DNA of 64,000 nt. Origin: Candidatus Bathyarchaeota archaeon (GTDB lineage: Archaea; Thermoproteota; Bathyarchaeia; Bathyarchaeales; Bathycorpusculaceae). Each line of letters begins with the position of its first letter. Within the stretch, counting starts at the first letter, position 1. The notes beneath the pieces are model-generated. The model had not been told where the DNA came from and did not search any database. It saw only the letters and a program-made list of their open reading frames with translations. Shown here one piece after another: positions 19,841-29,709 of this stretch. The DNA is taken from NCBI GenBank assembly GCA_963780185.1, contig CAWABA010000009.1:32001-96000 (forward strand). Reading direction: 5' to 3'. The position numbers and the translations under genes are program-made.

Positions 19841-20922
19841 TTACGGGCGCGGACATCGGAAAAATCATCGAGAAATACGACCAGAAGAAACTGGCAATCG
19901 GCACCTTGGGTTCGCACAGTTCACTTAACATTTTCAAGGGCGCCAAAGAAGAGGGGTTCCGTACGGTTTGCGTCTGCAAAGAAAAAGATGCAATTATGTA
20001 CAAGAAGTTCCCGCTTGTCGACGACCTAATCATAGTCAAAGACTTCACCGAACTTCTAAGCGAGAAGCTGCAGCAGAAACTCCGCAGCCTAAACGTCATT
20101 TTGATTCCACACGGCTCCTTCACCGCTTACCTAAGCACAGAAGAATTAACCGACAGCCTCAACGTGCCCATGTTCGGAAACCGCCAGCTGCTCCAGTGGG
20201 AAGCCAACCGCAAATCCCAGGAAGATTGGCTGCGGCAGGCAGGGCTCCTTTTGCCAGCTACGTTCAAAACGCCTGAGGACATCGACCGCTTAATCATCGC
20301 TAAATTGCCAGGCGCCAAAGGCGGCAGAGGATACTTTTTGGCGAATTCGCCTAAAGCCTTCCACAAAAAATTCAACGAACTCGTCAAACGCGGCTTGCTC
20401 AAAGAGGAGGATTTGGCTGCGATTCACCTGCAGGAGTACGCTCTTGGCGTCAACGTCTACCCAAGCTACTTCAGCTCCATCCTAAACAACGACGTTGAAC
20501 TGCTCGCAATGGATAGACGCTACGAATCCGCCGTGGACTCCATCGGCAAAATCCCCGCAGCCGAGCAACTTGAAATCGACATTAACCCAACCTACACAAT
20601 CGTCGGCAACTTCCCTATCGTTCTTCGCGAATCGCTGCTGCCGGAAATGATGCGCATGGGCGACAACGTACACAAAAAAGCCAAAGAACTGGCGCCACCC
20701 GGAATCATCGGCCCATTCTGCCTCGAAACCGTCGTGACCGACGACCTAAGAATCTTCACGTTCGAAATCTCCGCACGCATCGTCGCAGGAACCAATGTCG
20801 GCATCGGCACCTCTCCCTACGCCTACCTCAAATACGGACAGAACATGTACATGGGCAGACGCATCGCACTGGAACTCAAACAAGCCCGGGAACAGAAAAG
20901 ACTGCAGGACGTTGTCGCTTAG
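19837..20922 (+). CDS. purP: FAICAR synthetase PurP
   Basis: GSHSSL, IPHGSF, GAKGGRGYF, GPFCLET, FEISARIVAGTN. Confidence 0.92.
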   Translation: MITGADIGKIIEKYDQKKLAIGTLGSHSSLNIFKGAKEEGFRTVCVCKEKDAIMYKKFPLVDDLIIVKDFTELLSEKLQQKLRSLNVILIPHGSFTAYLSTEELTDSLNVPMFGNRQLLQWEANRKSQEDWLRQAGLLLPATFKTPEDIDRLIIAKLPGAKGGRGYFLANSPKAFHKKFNELVKRGLLKEEDLAAIHLQEYALGVNVYPSYFSSILNNDVELLAMDRRYESAVDSIGKIPAAEQLEIDINPTYTIVGNFPIVLRESLLPEMMRMGDNVHKKAKELAPPGIIGPFCLETVVTDDLRIFTFEISARIVAGTNVGIGTSPYAYLKYGQNMYMGRRIALELKQAREQKRLQDVVA

Positions 20923-20926
20923 CCAT

Positions 20927-21709
20927 TCAAGGCTTGAATATTGAGAATGGCAACTTTCGCATTAGGTCGTCAAAGTTTTCTCTATTTCTTTCTCGCTTGT
21001 ATCTTCTCAAGGCATGTACGGTGCTTGACTGTTCTGCCTGACCAAACGTTTCGCTGATTAAGTGGGAACTGCTGCTGTTGCCTGCAAAAAGGTACTGGCA
21101 AACCGACGTAACATTCGCAACATGACGCTCCACGCTGGCGGTTTCAAAATCAACAATAAACGGCTTCCGAGCCTTATCGACAAGCAGATGTTTCGGCGCT
21201 TTGCTGAGTTCCCCGTGGTCCAAGCCTGCCTGATCCAGCCTAAAACACTGCTCCAAAACCTCCCCCAAAACCTGCCTAACCGTCGCCGCATCCCTGCTTG
21301 TCTCTAGCCAATCAGGAAGACACTCCCCGTCGATGAGCTGCATAAAAAGAAAATTTTTGCTCGCTGCAACAAAGTTGGGACCCACATTCGCAGAGTTCGC
21401 TATCGACAGCATCCGTCCTTCATGAAGCAGGTCAGCTCGGTTGGCGTCCATACGTCGGATTTTGACCGCAACTCTCTCCCCGTTCAGATGAGCGACAACC
21501 ACGATGCCGACGAAACCCTTGCCTACGACTGGAACGTTGATTCCATGCAGGCTGGCTGTCCCAGAAAACTCAATAGCTGAGACGCCGTGGCTGCGCAGTT
21601 CCGCGAGGCGACTTTGCAGTTCTGCTTCGCTGGGGTTTGGGAAGCACAGAACCGAACGGTAAGGCTCTTGGCTTAGTTGGTCAACTGGGACGATTAAGGG
21701 GTTTTTCAC
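20927..21709 (-). CDS. Ser/Thr protein kinase (archaeal Bud32/RIO-related group)
   Basis: VGKGFVGIV, VAVKIRR, DHGELS, IVDFE. Confidence 0.85.
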   Translation of the reverse strand: MKNPLIVPVDQLSQEPYRSVLCFPNPSEAELQSRLAELRSHGVSAIEFSGTASLHGINVPVVGKGFVGIVVVAHLNGERVAVKIRRMDANRADLLHEGRMLSIANSANVGPNFVAASKNFLFMQLIDGECLPDWLETSRDAATVRQVLGEVLEQCFRLDQAGLDHGELSKAPKHLLVDKARKPFIVDFETASVERHVANVTSVCQYLFAGNSSSSHLISETFGQAEQSSTVHALRRYKRERNRENFDDLMRKLPFSIFKP

Positions 21710-21798
21710 CTGTCGGTTCCTTCTAGGTACGATTACGGAGTCGGCGAATTATAAGTTTAACATCGAAATGCAAAAGCTATTATCCCATTTAACAACAC

Positions 21799-22281
21799 TT
21801 GGTTCACGAGGAAGATGACTTGCCGAAAACTCTTCTAGTCATATACCACTCCAATTCGGGAAGAACTGAAAAAATGGCTTTGCGCTTAGGTAAAGGTGCA
21901 GAGAAGGCTGGTTTGAACGTGGTTTTGAAAAAGGTTGCGGCTTGCACTTTGGATGACTTGGCTGGAGCGGATGGTATAGCTGTGGGTTCGCCTACGCAAT
22001 ACAGCAATGTGGCTTGGCAAGTCAAGAAATTCTTAGATGAGACAACTCTGAGTTTTTACGCGAAGGGCGGCTCGCTTAGAAACAAAGGGTGCGGCTGCTT
22101 CACATCCACGGGAGCATACACCGACGGAAAAGAGTGCCTCAGAATGTTGGAGTTAGCCTTTGGGGTCGCTTTAAAGATGAAAATTGTTCCTGGGGTTATC
22201 CTTGAATCTAAAGATGTGGACGAAGGCAACCTCTCAGCATGCTTCGATTTGGGGCATAAAATAGCCACGGAGATGGCTTAG
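21799..22281 (+). CDS. Flavodoxin/WrbA-like protein
   Basis: YHSNSGRTEKMA, GSPTQYS, FTSTG. Confidence 0.85.
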   Translation: MVHEEDDLPKTLLVIYHSNSGRTEKMALRLGKGAEKAGLNVVLKKVAACTLDDLAGADGIAVGSPTQYSNVAWQVKKFLDETTLSFYAKGGSLRNKGCGCFTSTGAYTDGKECLRMLELAFGVALKMKIVPGVILESKDVDEGNLSACFDLGHKIATEMA

Positions 22282-22335
22282 TCAACATCGCTTTTGAATT
22301 TGTCGTGCGGAGGCGCTATAAGCCACGAGCCGTGT

Positions 22336-22542
22336 ATGGCTGGTATGGAACCGAATCAGCAGAGAAGCCAAATCAAGTCGGGCAACCGCGTGAAAATCGT
22401 TTTGAAGCAGGACCAGCGAAGCGGCAAGTTAACCGAAGGCGTCGTCAAAGACATCCTCACCAACAGCTCCACTCACCCACACGGAATCAAGGTGCGGCTA
22501 ACCGACGGCAAAGTCGGCAGAGTACAAACAATAATAAAATAA
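22336..22542 (+). CDS. YwbE family protein
   Basis: VLKQDQRSGKLTEGVVKDILTNS.THPHGIKVRLTDGKVGRV. Confidence 0.9.
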   Translation: MAGMEPNQQRSQIKSGNRVKIVLKQDQRSGKLTEGVVKDILTNSSTHPHGIKVRLTDGKVGRVQTIIK

Positions 22543-22570
22543 TTTAGCCTTTGGCTATGCTTTGTAGCGG

Positions 22571-22590
22571 TTTAACTAATTTTAGTTAAA
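22571..22590. promoter_or_regulatory. Palindromic operator candidate TTTAACTAA-TT-TTAGTTAAA
   Basis: 9-bp inverted repeat about 60 bp upstream of the ArsR-TM gene. Confidence 0.55.
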
Positions 22591-22648
22591 TCTTTTTGAC
22601 TAACCAACTTAAAAGAATCGTGAGCAAAGGAGTATTCGAGGGAACGAT

Positions 22649-23143
22649 TTGGATAAAGAGCCGCCACAAGAAAGTTTGGAAGAATCAATCTTCAAAACGC
22701 TGAGTCATCAGACGAGAAGAGACATTTTGCGTTTCATCGGCGAACAAAAACAAGCATCATTCACCGAAATCAAAAACAACGTTAGTGTTGAAGACAGCGC
22801 AACGTTATCCTATCACCTTAACACTCTGCAAACGCTTACAACCCAGAAAAACGGGAAATACGCACTCACGGAGATTGGTCAGGATGCTTACGCTTTAATC
22901 AATAAAACCACGGCTTGCGCAGAAACCAATTCAACATTGAACTTTTTGAGAGGCAAATTCCCCCGTGTCATCGTGGCAAACGCTGTCCTGTGGGCGGCAG
23001 CTCTTCTGCTTTCCACAATCTTCGAGAAAAATGGACTGCCGATTTACACCATCATAAGTATGCTCGCTTTGTGGTACATCAGCAACCTCATACTCTCAAG
23101 ACTTCTGACGCGCTTAGGCGGAAAGCCATGCTTCAGTTTTTGA
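22649..23143 (+). CDS. ArsR-type wHTH regulator with two C-terminal TM helices
   Basis: IFKTLSHQTRRDIL...LSYHL...YALTEIG then two hydrophobic segments. Confidence 0.85.
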   Translation: MDKEPPQESLEESIFKTLSHQTRRDILRFIGEQKQASFTEIKNNVSVEDSATLSYHLNTLQTLTTQKNGKYALTEIGQDAYALINKTTACAETNSTLNFLRGKFPRVIVANAVLWAAALLLSTIFEKNGLPIYTIISMLALWYISNLILSRLLTRLGGKPCFSF

Positions 23144-23212
23144 GTACGTGTTGAGAAGAAATTATAAATTTAATAGGGTGACGGCGATATTGGGATTCTG
23201 TTTGGTTTAGCT

Positions 23213-25318
23213 ATGCCGAGGTTCAAGCAGACAGCGCAGATTCAGCAGCTTATGAGCAGAAAAGAGCTTATCCGAAACATCGGCATAATCGCCCACATAG
23301 ACCACGGCAAAACCACGCTTGCCGATTCCCTGCTGGCTGGTGCAGGCTTGATTTCGCCGTCGATGGCTGGGACCGCCCGAGTTCTTGATTATCTTGATGA
23401 AGAGCAGAAACGCAAAATCACGATTAAAACAGCCAACATCACATTGCTCTACAAAACCGCTGAAAACCCCTACATCATAAATCTTGTAGATACCCCCGGG
23501 CATGTTGACTTCACAGGAAAAGTGACCAGAGCCCTGCGTGTTATCGATGGTGCCGTGGTAGTTGTGGATGCGGTTGAGGAGATTATGGCTCAAACCGAAA
23601 TCGTAACCCGACAGGCGCTTGAAGAACGGGTTTGCCCCGTGCTCTTCATCAACAAGGTTGATAGGCTGATTACTGAGTTGCAGTTAAACGAGGAGCAAAT
23701 CCAAAAGAAACTTGACCACATAATCAGCGGCTTCAACGACCTCATTCAACTTTACGCTCAGGAACCGTTTAGAAGCCGATGGAAGGTCGATGCTAACTTG
23801 GGAAACGTGGCTTTTGGCTCTGCACTGCACGGCTGGGGTTTCACGATGAACATGGCTAAGCAGAGAGGCGTAAAGTTTTCAGACATCATCAAGGCTTATC
23901 AGCAGGGCGCAAGCGTGAAACTGCAGAAGAATCTACCCGTTTACGAAGCCATTTTCGAAATGGCAATCAAGAAAATTCCAGACCCGCGCCAAGCCCAAGC
24001 CTACAGAATCGAGGAGATTTGGGATGGACAGGTTGGCTCACCGATTGGGAAAGCCCTAATTGATTGCAGCGACGATGGACCAGCGGTTTTCTGCGTAACC
24101 AACGTTCACTCCGACGGAAAAGGCGGCACCCTTGCAACGGGCAGGCTATTCTCAGGGAAACTTGTGAAGGGTGAGCGGTTGCATCTTGTTGATGCTTTGG
24201 CTGAAACGGTGGTTAATCAGGTTTCTGTGGATATGGGTTCGCTTAGGGAAGAGGTGGATTGGGTTTCAGCGGGCAACTTGGCGTCGTTGAGCTTGAGTGG
24301 CGACGTTAAAGCTGGCGAAACCCTCGTTGACTTGGAGCATAAAGCCGATATGGTTCCTTTCGAAGGCATAAGCTACGTCTCCGAACCCGTCGTTACCTTG
24401 GCGGTTGAACCGAAAAACCCAAGAGAAATTCCCCTCCTGCTTGAGGCGCTGCAGAAGCTTGCAACCGAAGACCCCAACCTCAAAGTCGCCGCAGACAAAG
24501 ACACTGGCGAGTACCTGCTTAGCGGCATGGGTGAGTTGCATTTGGAAGTCGCGGTCAACCAGCTTAAAGGTAGCGGCTTGGATGTCACGGTTTCTTCGCC
24601 CCGCGTTGTCTACATGGAAAGTGTTGAGAAGGGCGGGGTGGTGGCTTTGGCGAAGAGTCCCGATAAGAAAAGCAGTTTTTGGGTGCAAGTTGCGCCTGAC
24701 GGGCAGGAAATTGAAGGGCAAGTGAGCATTCTGTCGGTTGATGAGCACCGCAATGTGCTGCTGGATTGCAGCGGAAAAGCCGAGCCCCTCTCCGAGGAAG
24801 TTTTGGAGGCACTCATCGGCGCTTTTGAGTTCGCATGCAAGGCTGGTCCACTATGCGGTGAACCCGTACGGCACTTGAAAGTAAGTTTGGTTGATTTCCA
24901 ATTGGGCAGCGAATTCGACTGTGACCAAGTTATGCGTGGAGTAGGAAAAGCAGTTTTCGGCTCTTTCCTGTCGGCGCCGCCTGTGCTGCTTGAGCCCATC
25001 TACAAAATAGTGCTAACCGTCTCGTCTGAGCTTGCCAGTGAAACCTCAAGAATACTTGCTACAAGACGCGGAAAAGTCACCCTTTTTGAACAAAAGGGGC
25101 TTCAAGCAGTCATCAGCGGCTTCATCCCCGTTTCTGAAACCTTCGGCTTCTCAAAAGAACTAAGGACGACAACGTCAGGCAGGGCTTTTTGGCAATCTTT
25201 CTTTGACCACTGGGAAAAAATGCCTCAAAAACTATCTTCAGAGGTCATCGGCGATTTGCGTCGACGCAAAGGATTGTCGCCTGAAGTGCCTAAGCCAGAA
25301 AAGTTCCTGGAGCAGTAA
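23213..25318 (+). CDS. Elongation factor 2 paralog lacking the diphthamide motif (aEF-2p type)
   Basis: AHIDHGKTT, DTPGHVDF, NKVD, GMGELHLE; domain IV loop reads DFQLGSEFDCDQ instead of HEDxxHRG. Confidence 0.88.
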   Translation: MPRFKQTAQIQQLMSRKELIRNIGIIAHIDHGKTTLADSLLAGAGLISPSMAGTARVLDYLDEEQKRKITIKTANITLLYKTAENPYIINLVDTPGHVDFTGKVTRALRVIDGAVVVVDAVEEIMAQTEIVTRQALEERVCPVLFINKVDRLITELQLNEEQIQKKLDHIISGFNDLIQLYAQEPFRSRWKVDANLGNVAFGSALHGWGFTMNMAKQRGVKFSDIIKAYQQGASVKLQKNLPVYEAIFEMAIKKIPDPRQAQAYRIEEIWDGQVGSPIGKALIDCSDDGPAVFCVTNVHSDGKGGTLATGRLFSGKLVKGERLHLVDALAETVVNQVSVDMGSLREEVDWVSAGNLASLSLSGDVKAGETLVDLEHKADMVPFEGISYVSEPVVTLAVEPKNPREIPLLLEALQKLATEDPNLKVAADKDTGEYLLSGMGELHLEVAVNQLKGSGLDVTVSSPRVVYMESVEKGGVVALAKSPDKKSSFWVQVAPDGQEIEGQVSILSVDEHRNVLLDCSGKAEPLSEEVLEALIGAFEFACKAGPLCGEPVRHLKVSLVDFQLGSEFDCDQVMRGVGKAVFGSFLSAPPVLLEPIYKIVLTVSSELASETSRILATRRGKVTLFEQKGLQAVISGFIPVSETFGFSKELRTTTSGRAFWQSFFDHWEKMPQKLSSEVIGDLRRRKGLSPEVPKPEKFLEQ

Positions 25319-25323
25319 CGGCA

Positions 25324-26184
25324 ATGCGCCTCAGCGTCGCGTTCGACTTGGATTTTTCTCTCTGCTGCGGACAGGTTTTCAGATGGAAGAAAACCGACGG
25401 CTGGTGGTATGGAGTAGTCGGAGAAAACGCGTTTAAGATTCGACAATGCGGCGCCGAATTGGAGTTCGAGGGCGTCGACGCCGAGTTTGTGACCCGCTAT
25501 TTCGGCTTAAACGATGACCTAGCCCAAATCAGCCAATGCATCGGCAAAGACCCTTACATCCGCAGGGCGCTCCAGCAATTTGAAGGGCTACGGATTGTCC
25601 GCCAAGACCCCTGGGAATGCCTCATCAGCTTCATCTGCGCAACCTACAAAAGCATTGCAGCCATCCAAATGATGCTGCGAAAGATTTCTGAGAAATTCGG
25701 CGAAAAGAAAAATTTCGACGGAAGACCTTTTTACATTTTTCCGTCAGCTGAGAAGTTGGCTTTGGCTAGCGAGAACGGTTTGAAAGAATGCGGCTTAGGT
25801 TACCGAGCGAAGTATGTGCAGGCAACCGCCAAAAAAATCCGTCAAGAAGAAATAGAGCTTGAAAGTCTCAAAACCCTGCCTTACGTTGACGCGAGAAAGA
25901 CCCTTATTGAGTTTCCCGGAGTCGGGTTGAAGGTGGCTGATTGCGTGCTGCTGTTTTCACTTGAAAAAACCGAGGCTTTCCCCGTGGATGTCTGGGTTAA
26001 ACGCGTGCTCCTAAACCATTACGCAAAAGAGTTTCCAGAAGAGCTCGTACGAAAACTTTCCGCCCACCCATCCTTGACCAACGGCGAATATGAGAAACTC
26101 AACGCTTGGGGAAGGAGCTACTTTGGCAAATACGCAGGTTACGCCCAAGAATACCTGTTCCATTACGAGCGAACCCAGCGTTAG
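25324..26184 (+). CDS. ogg: 8-oxoguanine DNA glycosylase, OGG1 type
   Basis: CGQVFRW, QDPWECLISFI, HhH PGVGLKVADC, FPVDVW, AGYAQEYLF. Confidence 0.9.
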   Translation: MRLSVAFDLDFSLCCGQVFRWKKTDGWWYGVVGENAFKIRQCGAELEFEGVDAEFVTRYFGLNDDLAQISQCIGKDPYIRRALQQFEGLRIVRQDPWECLISFICATYKSIAAIQMMLRKISEKFGEKKNFDGRPFYIFPSAEKLALASENGLKECGLGYRAKYVQATAKKIRQEEIELESLKTLPYVDARKTLIEFPGVGLKVADCVLLFSLEKTEAFPVDVWVKRVLLNHYAKEFPEELVRKLSAHPSLTNGEYEKLNAWGRSYFGKYAGYAQEYLFHYERTQR

Positions 26185-26253
26185 ACTGCTTGGCGTTTAA
26201 GAAAGATTCAAATAATAAATGCTGTTATTCAAGCAACTCTAGCTAAAATTAGG

Positions 26254-26523
26254 GTGTTTGGCATGGCGACTGAAGAGGGTAAACTTAACCAGTTAATTAG
26301 GCAAAAAAGGGTTTTTCTGAGGGATACTTTGAAGGATTATTCTTCGGGCGGCAACGACATGCTTGACGACATGGCGTCGGCGCTTGGGGAAGCGAAGGCA
26401 GAGCTTACCCACCGCTTGGAGGCTGCTAGTTGCTTGCGGGAAGAAGAGGGCGAAGATGCTTGGCGCAAAGAATGCCTCTCATTTTATACGATATGGTTTG
26501 AAAAATGGTTCGGTGCACCTTAA
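26254..26523 (+). CDS. Small hypothetical protein
   Basis: 89 aa ORF ending WFEKWFG. Confidence 0.5.
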   Translation: MFGMATEEGKLNQLIRQKRVFLRDTLKDYSSGGNDMLDDMASALGEAKAELTHRLEAASCLREEEGEDAWRKECLSFYTIWFEKWFGAP

Positions 26524-28176
26524 CTACTGCGTTTTCTTTATTACTCGTACGAAGGTGCCGATTACCGCGGCTGCCAAAACGAGTAATCCTGCGATGATTG
26601 CTATCTGAAGCGGACCTATAGTTGTAGTTGATGCCTTTCCCGTACCCCCGAACACGATTGACACTTGGTGGGTACTGAAGTGTGTTGTGAACCATACGTA
26701 ATAATTGTCGGCGTCTTGGCTGCAGCCTTGGTTTTCAGCTTTCTCATGGTCAATGTAGATTGTCGGCGCCGCACCATACGGCACCTCGTTTTTGGGAATG
26801 GTTAAGTTGCAAAAGCCCCAGTCGCCCGCCTGCCCTGTAACGGTGAAGTTGATGGTGGTTTCAGCGCTTGACTGGTCGGTTACGAGGGTGGCGTTGGATA
26901 TCTGCGGGGTGGTTATGTTGCCGCTGAAGCTAAGGCTAAGGCTGGTTCCGTTGGTTTTAGCAACTTCTATGATTGATGGAGAAAGCGAAGGAGCGGGTTG
27001 AGGAATTGCAGGCAGCGGAATTGCATTGTCAAAGGCATAAAGGCAGCCATAGAACGAAGCTATGTAGATCTCTCCGTTGTCGGCGGCTGGGCTGGACGAA
27101 ATTACTGAGCCGTTGTCGCCGAAAATAGGTAGTTGAAAACTTCCACAGTTTAGCGCCATCTGTCGCGTTTATGGCATATACCATTCCGTCCCATGTCCCA
27201 AAGTAGACTACACCGCCTGCTACAGCTGGAGAATCGCTTATACCCCATCCTGAATCGGTCGTGAAGTTCCAGAGTTTGTTGCCGTCGGAGGCGTTTAAGG
27301 CGTAGAGGTTGCCGTTGTTTGACCCTGCGTAGAGGACGCCGTTTGTGATTGCTGGGCTCCCCGTCCAAGCCGCATTAGGAATACTGTACTCCCAAACTTT
27401 CACGCCACTCTTCAGGTTTAAGGCAACAAAGTTTTCCCAGCCTTCACTTATGTAAACTAAACCTTTGTAAACCGACGGTGACCCACCTTCACCAGTGGCG
27501 TAACTCCAGAGTTCTGCTCCAGAGACAGCGTTCAATGCACAAACTTTTCCATCTGCTCCATCTTCGCTGAAGACCACGGTGTTGCCGCAGACTGCCGGTG
27601 CACCGTTTATTTCACCAGATAAGACGCAGTTCCAGAGTTGCTTACCGCTGGCCGCATCTAACGCGTAGAAACGGTTGTCAACGCCGTAATATGCGCCTGA
27701 GCTGCCTGCGTAGACGACTCCGTTGGCGACTGTTGGGTCTGGCAAAACTTCGGGTTGAGTTGAATATCCAAAGCAGCTTGCCTGTAGACGCGTTCAAGGC
27801 GTACATGGCGTAGTTTGCTCCAATGAACACTCTGCCCTCGGCAACCGCGGGGCTAGACGAAATCTCATCGACTCCGTATCGCCAGATGAATGCACCGGTT
27901 GTAGCGTTGAAAGCGTCAACGTAACTTTTCCAGTTGCCAAATGCGCCGTCGCCTAACCCGATGTAAACCACCCCGTCTACCACGATAGGCGAAGGTGTAA
28001 TAGGGTTGTTAGGTGTCGAGTAATTCCACAGTTGTTTTGGCTCAAGAACAGGGTTGCCGTCTCCACGCTCCGCTGTGGATTGAGTCGTGACCCGTCATCG
28101 ACCAATTTGCATTGGCGAATGGAACAATAATTACGCTGACCAGTACGAATATGCAAATGGCAGCTTTAGCGTTCAT
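26524..28176 (-). CDS. Secreted PQQ-like beta-propeller protein with C-terminal TM anchor (several frameshifts)
   Basis: Repeated SSPAV.GVVY.GS...YALNA..G..LW units over three ORFs; C-terminal FTTHFSTH domain + TM; ATG 28176 with signal peptide. Confidence 0.8.
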
Positions 28177-28223
28177 GTTATTCCACAATTTCATTTCCCT
28201 GTCTTTTCAATAAAAGACTTTTC

Positions 28224-28263
28224 GTCAAGGTTTCTTGACTCGGGGCAGTCAATTTTTCTTGAC
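28224..28263 (-). promoter_or_regulatory. Paired GTCAAG-N4-CTTGAC boxes upstream of TATA (site 3)
   Basis: GTCAAGGTTTCTTGAC (28224-28239) and GTCAATTTTTCTTGAC (28248-28263); minus strand continues GAAAAGTC TTTTATT. Confidence 0.8.
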
Positions 28264-28368
28264 TTGATTTTTAGGCTCTCTTTAAGTGTGTTTGTGGCTT
28301 AGTCAATTGTTGCCTGCGGAAAATGTTTAAATGGGGTTTGAAACAGCATTACTAATCAAAAGCTTAGT

Positions 28369-28442
28369 GGGCCCGTAGCTCAGCTCGGTAGAGCGCCAGA
28401 CTCATAATCTGTTGGTCAGGTGTTCAAATCACCTCGGGCCCA
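28369..28442 (+). tRNA. tRNA with CAU anticodon, probably tRNA-Ile2
   Basis: GGGCCCG/CGGGCCC acceptor stem, CTCATAA loop, TTCAAAT T-loop; GGGCCC acceptor is typical of archaeal Ile tRNAs. Confidence 0.9.
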
Positions 28443-28460
28443 CATCAAACTCAAAAAGCT

Positions 28461-28997
28461 TTGGTTTGGGTGAAGCCTGCTCTGAAACAATCAAATCCAG
28501 CCTACAAAACGTTGTCGTTTGTTAAGGGTCACCAGTTGATGATCGGTTTGCTGCTGGTTTTCTTCGGAGTCGGCGACCTGTGGTTTGTTATGCCGAACCT
28601 CTACGGCACCCTACACGGATTCTACGTGAACTGGCAAATCATCCGCTTCTACATGCCCGAATGGACCCTAACAATTCCCATTATATTCATACTGACTTTG
28701 ATTGGAACGTTGATGCTTACAGTTTACTGCATACGGGACATTCAGGCTGCGGGAGTTGACTACAAGGAGCACGCCGCCGTGCTGGTGACGACGCTCGGGT
28801 TCACCTATCTGGTAATCGGGGCTTGGCCTCTGTGGATCCAACGGTACCCCTGGGAGTGGCAACAGGAAATCGCAAACTACGGAAACCTGCTTACACTGCC
28901 CCTTTTCGCTGGCAGCCTTGTGGCGCTGATAGCTGGATCGGTTTCATTATACATTCACAGCAAAATCTATCACGAACGGCATCCAGAGTTAACTTAA
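28461..28997 (+). CDS. Multi-pass membrane protein
   Basis: Four hydrophobic segments; start uncertain. Confidence 0.7.
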   Translation: MVWVKPALKQSNPAYKTLSFVKGHQLMIGLLLVFFGVGDLWFVMPNLYGTLHGFYVNWQIIRFYMPEWTLTIPIIFILTLIGTLMLTVYCIRDIQAAGVDYKEHAAVLVTTLGFTYLVIGAWPLWIQRYPWEWQQEIANYGNLLTLPLFAGSLVALIAGSVSLYIHSKIYHERHPELT

Positions 28998-29063
28998 GAC
29001 TAATAGAAATTGGCTAAATTCCTAAACAATGAAGTGCCTGACAAAAAAATTAGTGAACCCAAA

Positions 29064-29237
29064 CTATTCGTGGAAAAACGTTTTCTTTCTATGCAATAGG
29101 CTGTCGGGAGTGGCTTTGACTGCTGGCGCAACCTTAAGGATTGGGTTGCCTTCCGCCTCATACTCCACTGAAAGCCCATATTGCCTCTGCGTGCTTAATG
29201 CTAATTCAACTGCGGCAAGAATCTCTTTGTTTCCCAT
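29064..29237 (-). CDS. Small hypothetical protein (57 aa)
   Basis: MGNKEILAAVELALSTQRQYGLSVEYEAEGNPILKV...; GGAG RBS; directly downstream of the wHTH-TM gene. Confidence 0.5.
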   Translation of the reverse strand: MGNKEILAAVELALSTQRQYGLSVEYEAEGNPILKVAPAVKATPDSLLHRKKTFFHE

Positions 29238-29253
29238 TCTATGTCGCTCCGTT

Positions 29254-29697
29254 TCAGGTTGGTTTGGGGTTTAGTTTTCTCTGAAGGAGCAGGCCTTCGA
29301 TGAGGAAAAGAACCATGGCTGCCCCCGTCATGCCTGTTAAGAAGAGGAAGCTGACTTGAACAACTATATCTTTTATTAGGATGCTCAGCAATAATATTGA
29401 TATCTCGGCTGCGAAAGCGCCTAGAAAAAAGAAGGAGTAGAACATCAAGCGGGGTACGAGGTTTTTGCCGACCCAGACGTGCCCGTTGATGTTTGTTTTC
29501 TCCTTTAAGATGTAGTCGCCATAACTGTTTTTTTCGATTAAGCCAAGTTCTTCAAGTTTCTGCAGGTGCCTGTATGCGACGCTTGTGCTGCTTAGGCTTG
29601 CGCCTCTGGTTACGTCCCGTGTTCCCACTGGCTTAGCTGCGTGGACAATGTATGCGTAGACGGTTAATGTGTTGCCTTCGAGTTCGTCGTTAGCCAA
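29254..29697 (-). CDS. wHTH DNA-binding protein with two C-terminal TM helices
   Basis: VGTRDVTRGASLSSTSVAYRHLQKLEELGLIEKNSYGDY followed by two TM segments. Confidence 0.85.
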   Translation of the reverse strand: MANDELEGNTLTVYAYIVHAAKPVGTRDVTRGASLSSTSVAYRHLQKLEELGLIEKNSYGDYILKEKTNINGHVWVGKNLVPRLMFYSFFFLGAFAAEISILLLSILIKDIVVQVSFLFLTGMTGAAMVLFLIEGLLLQRKLNPKPT

Positions 29698-29709
29698 TTT
29701 TGCATCGAC

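Noticed and set aside
18743-20922. Tandem purP duplication as a novelty
   Set aside because: Paired PurP/PurP-like genes are common in archaea.
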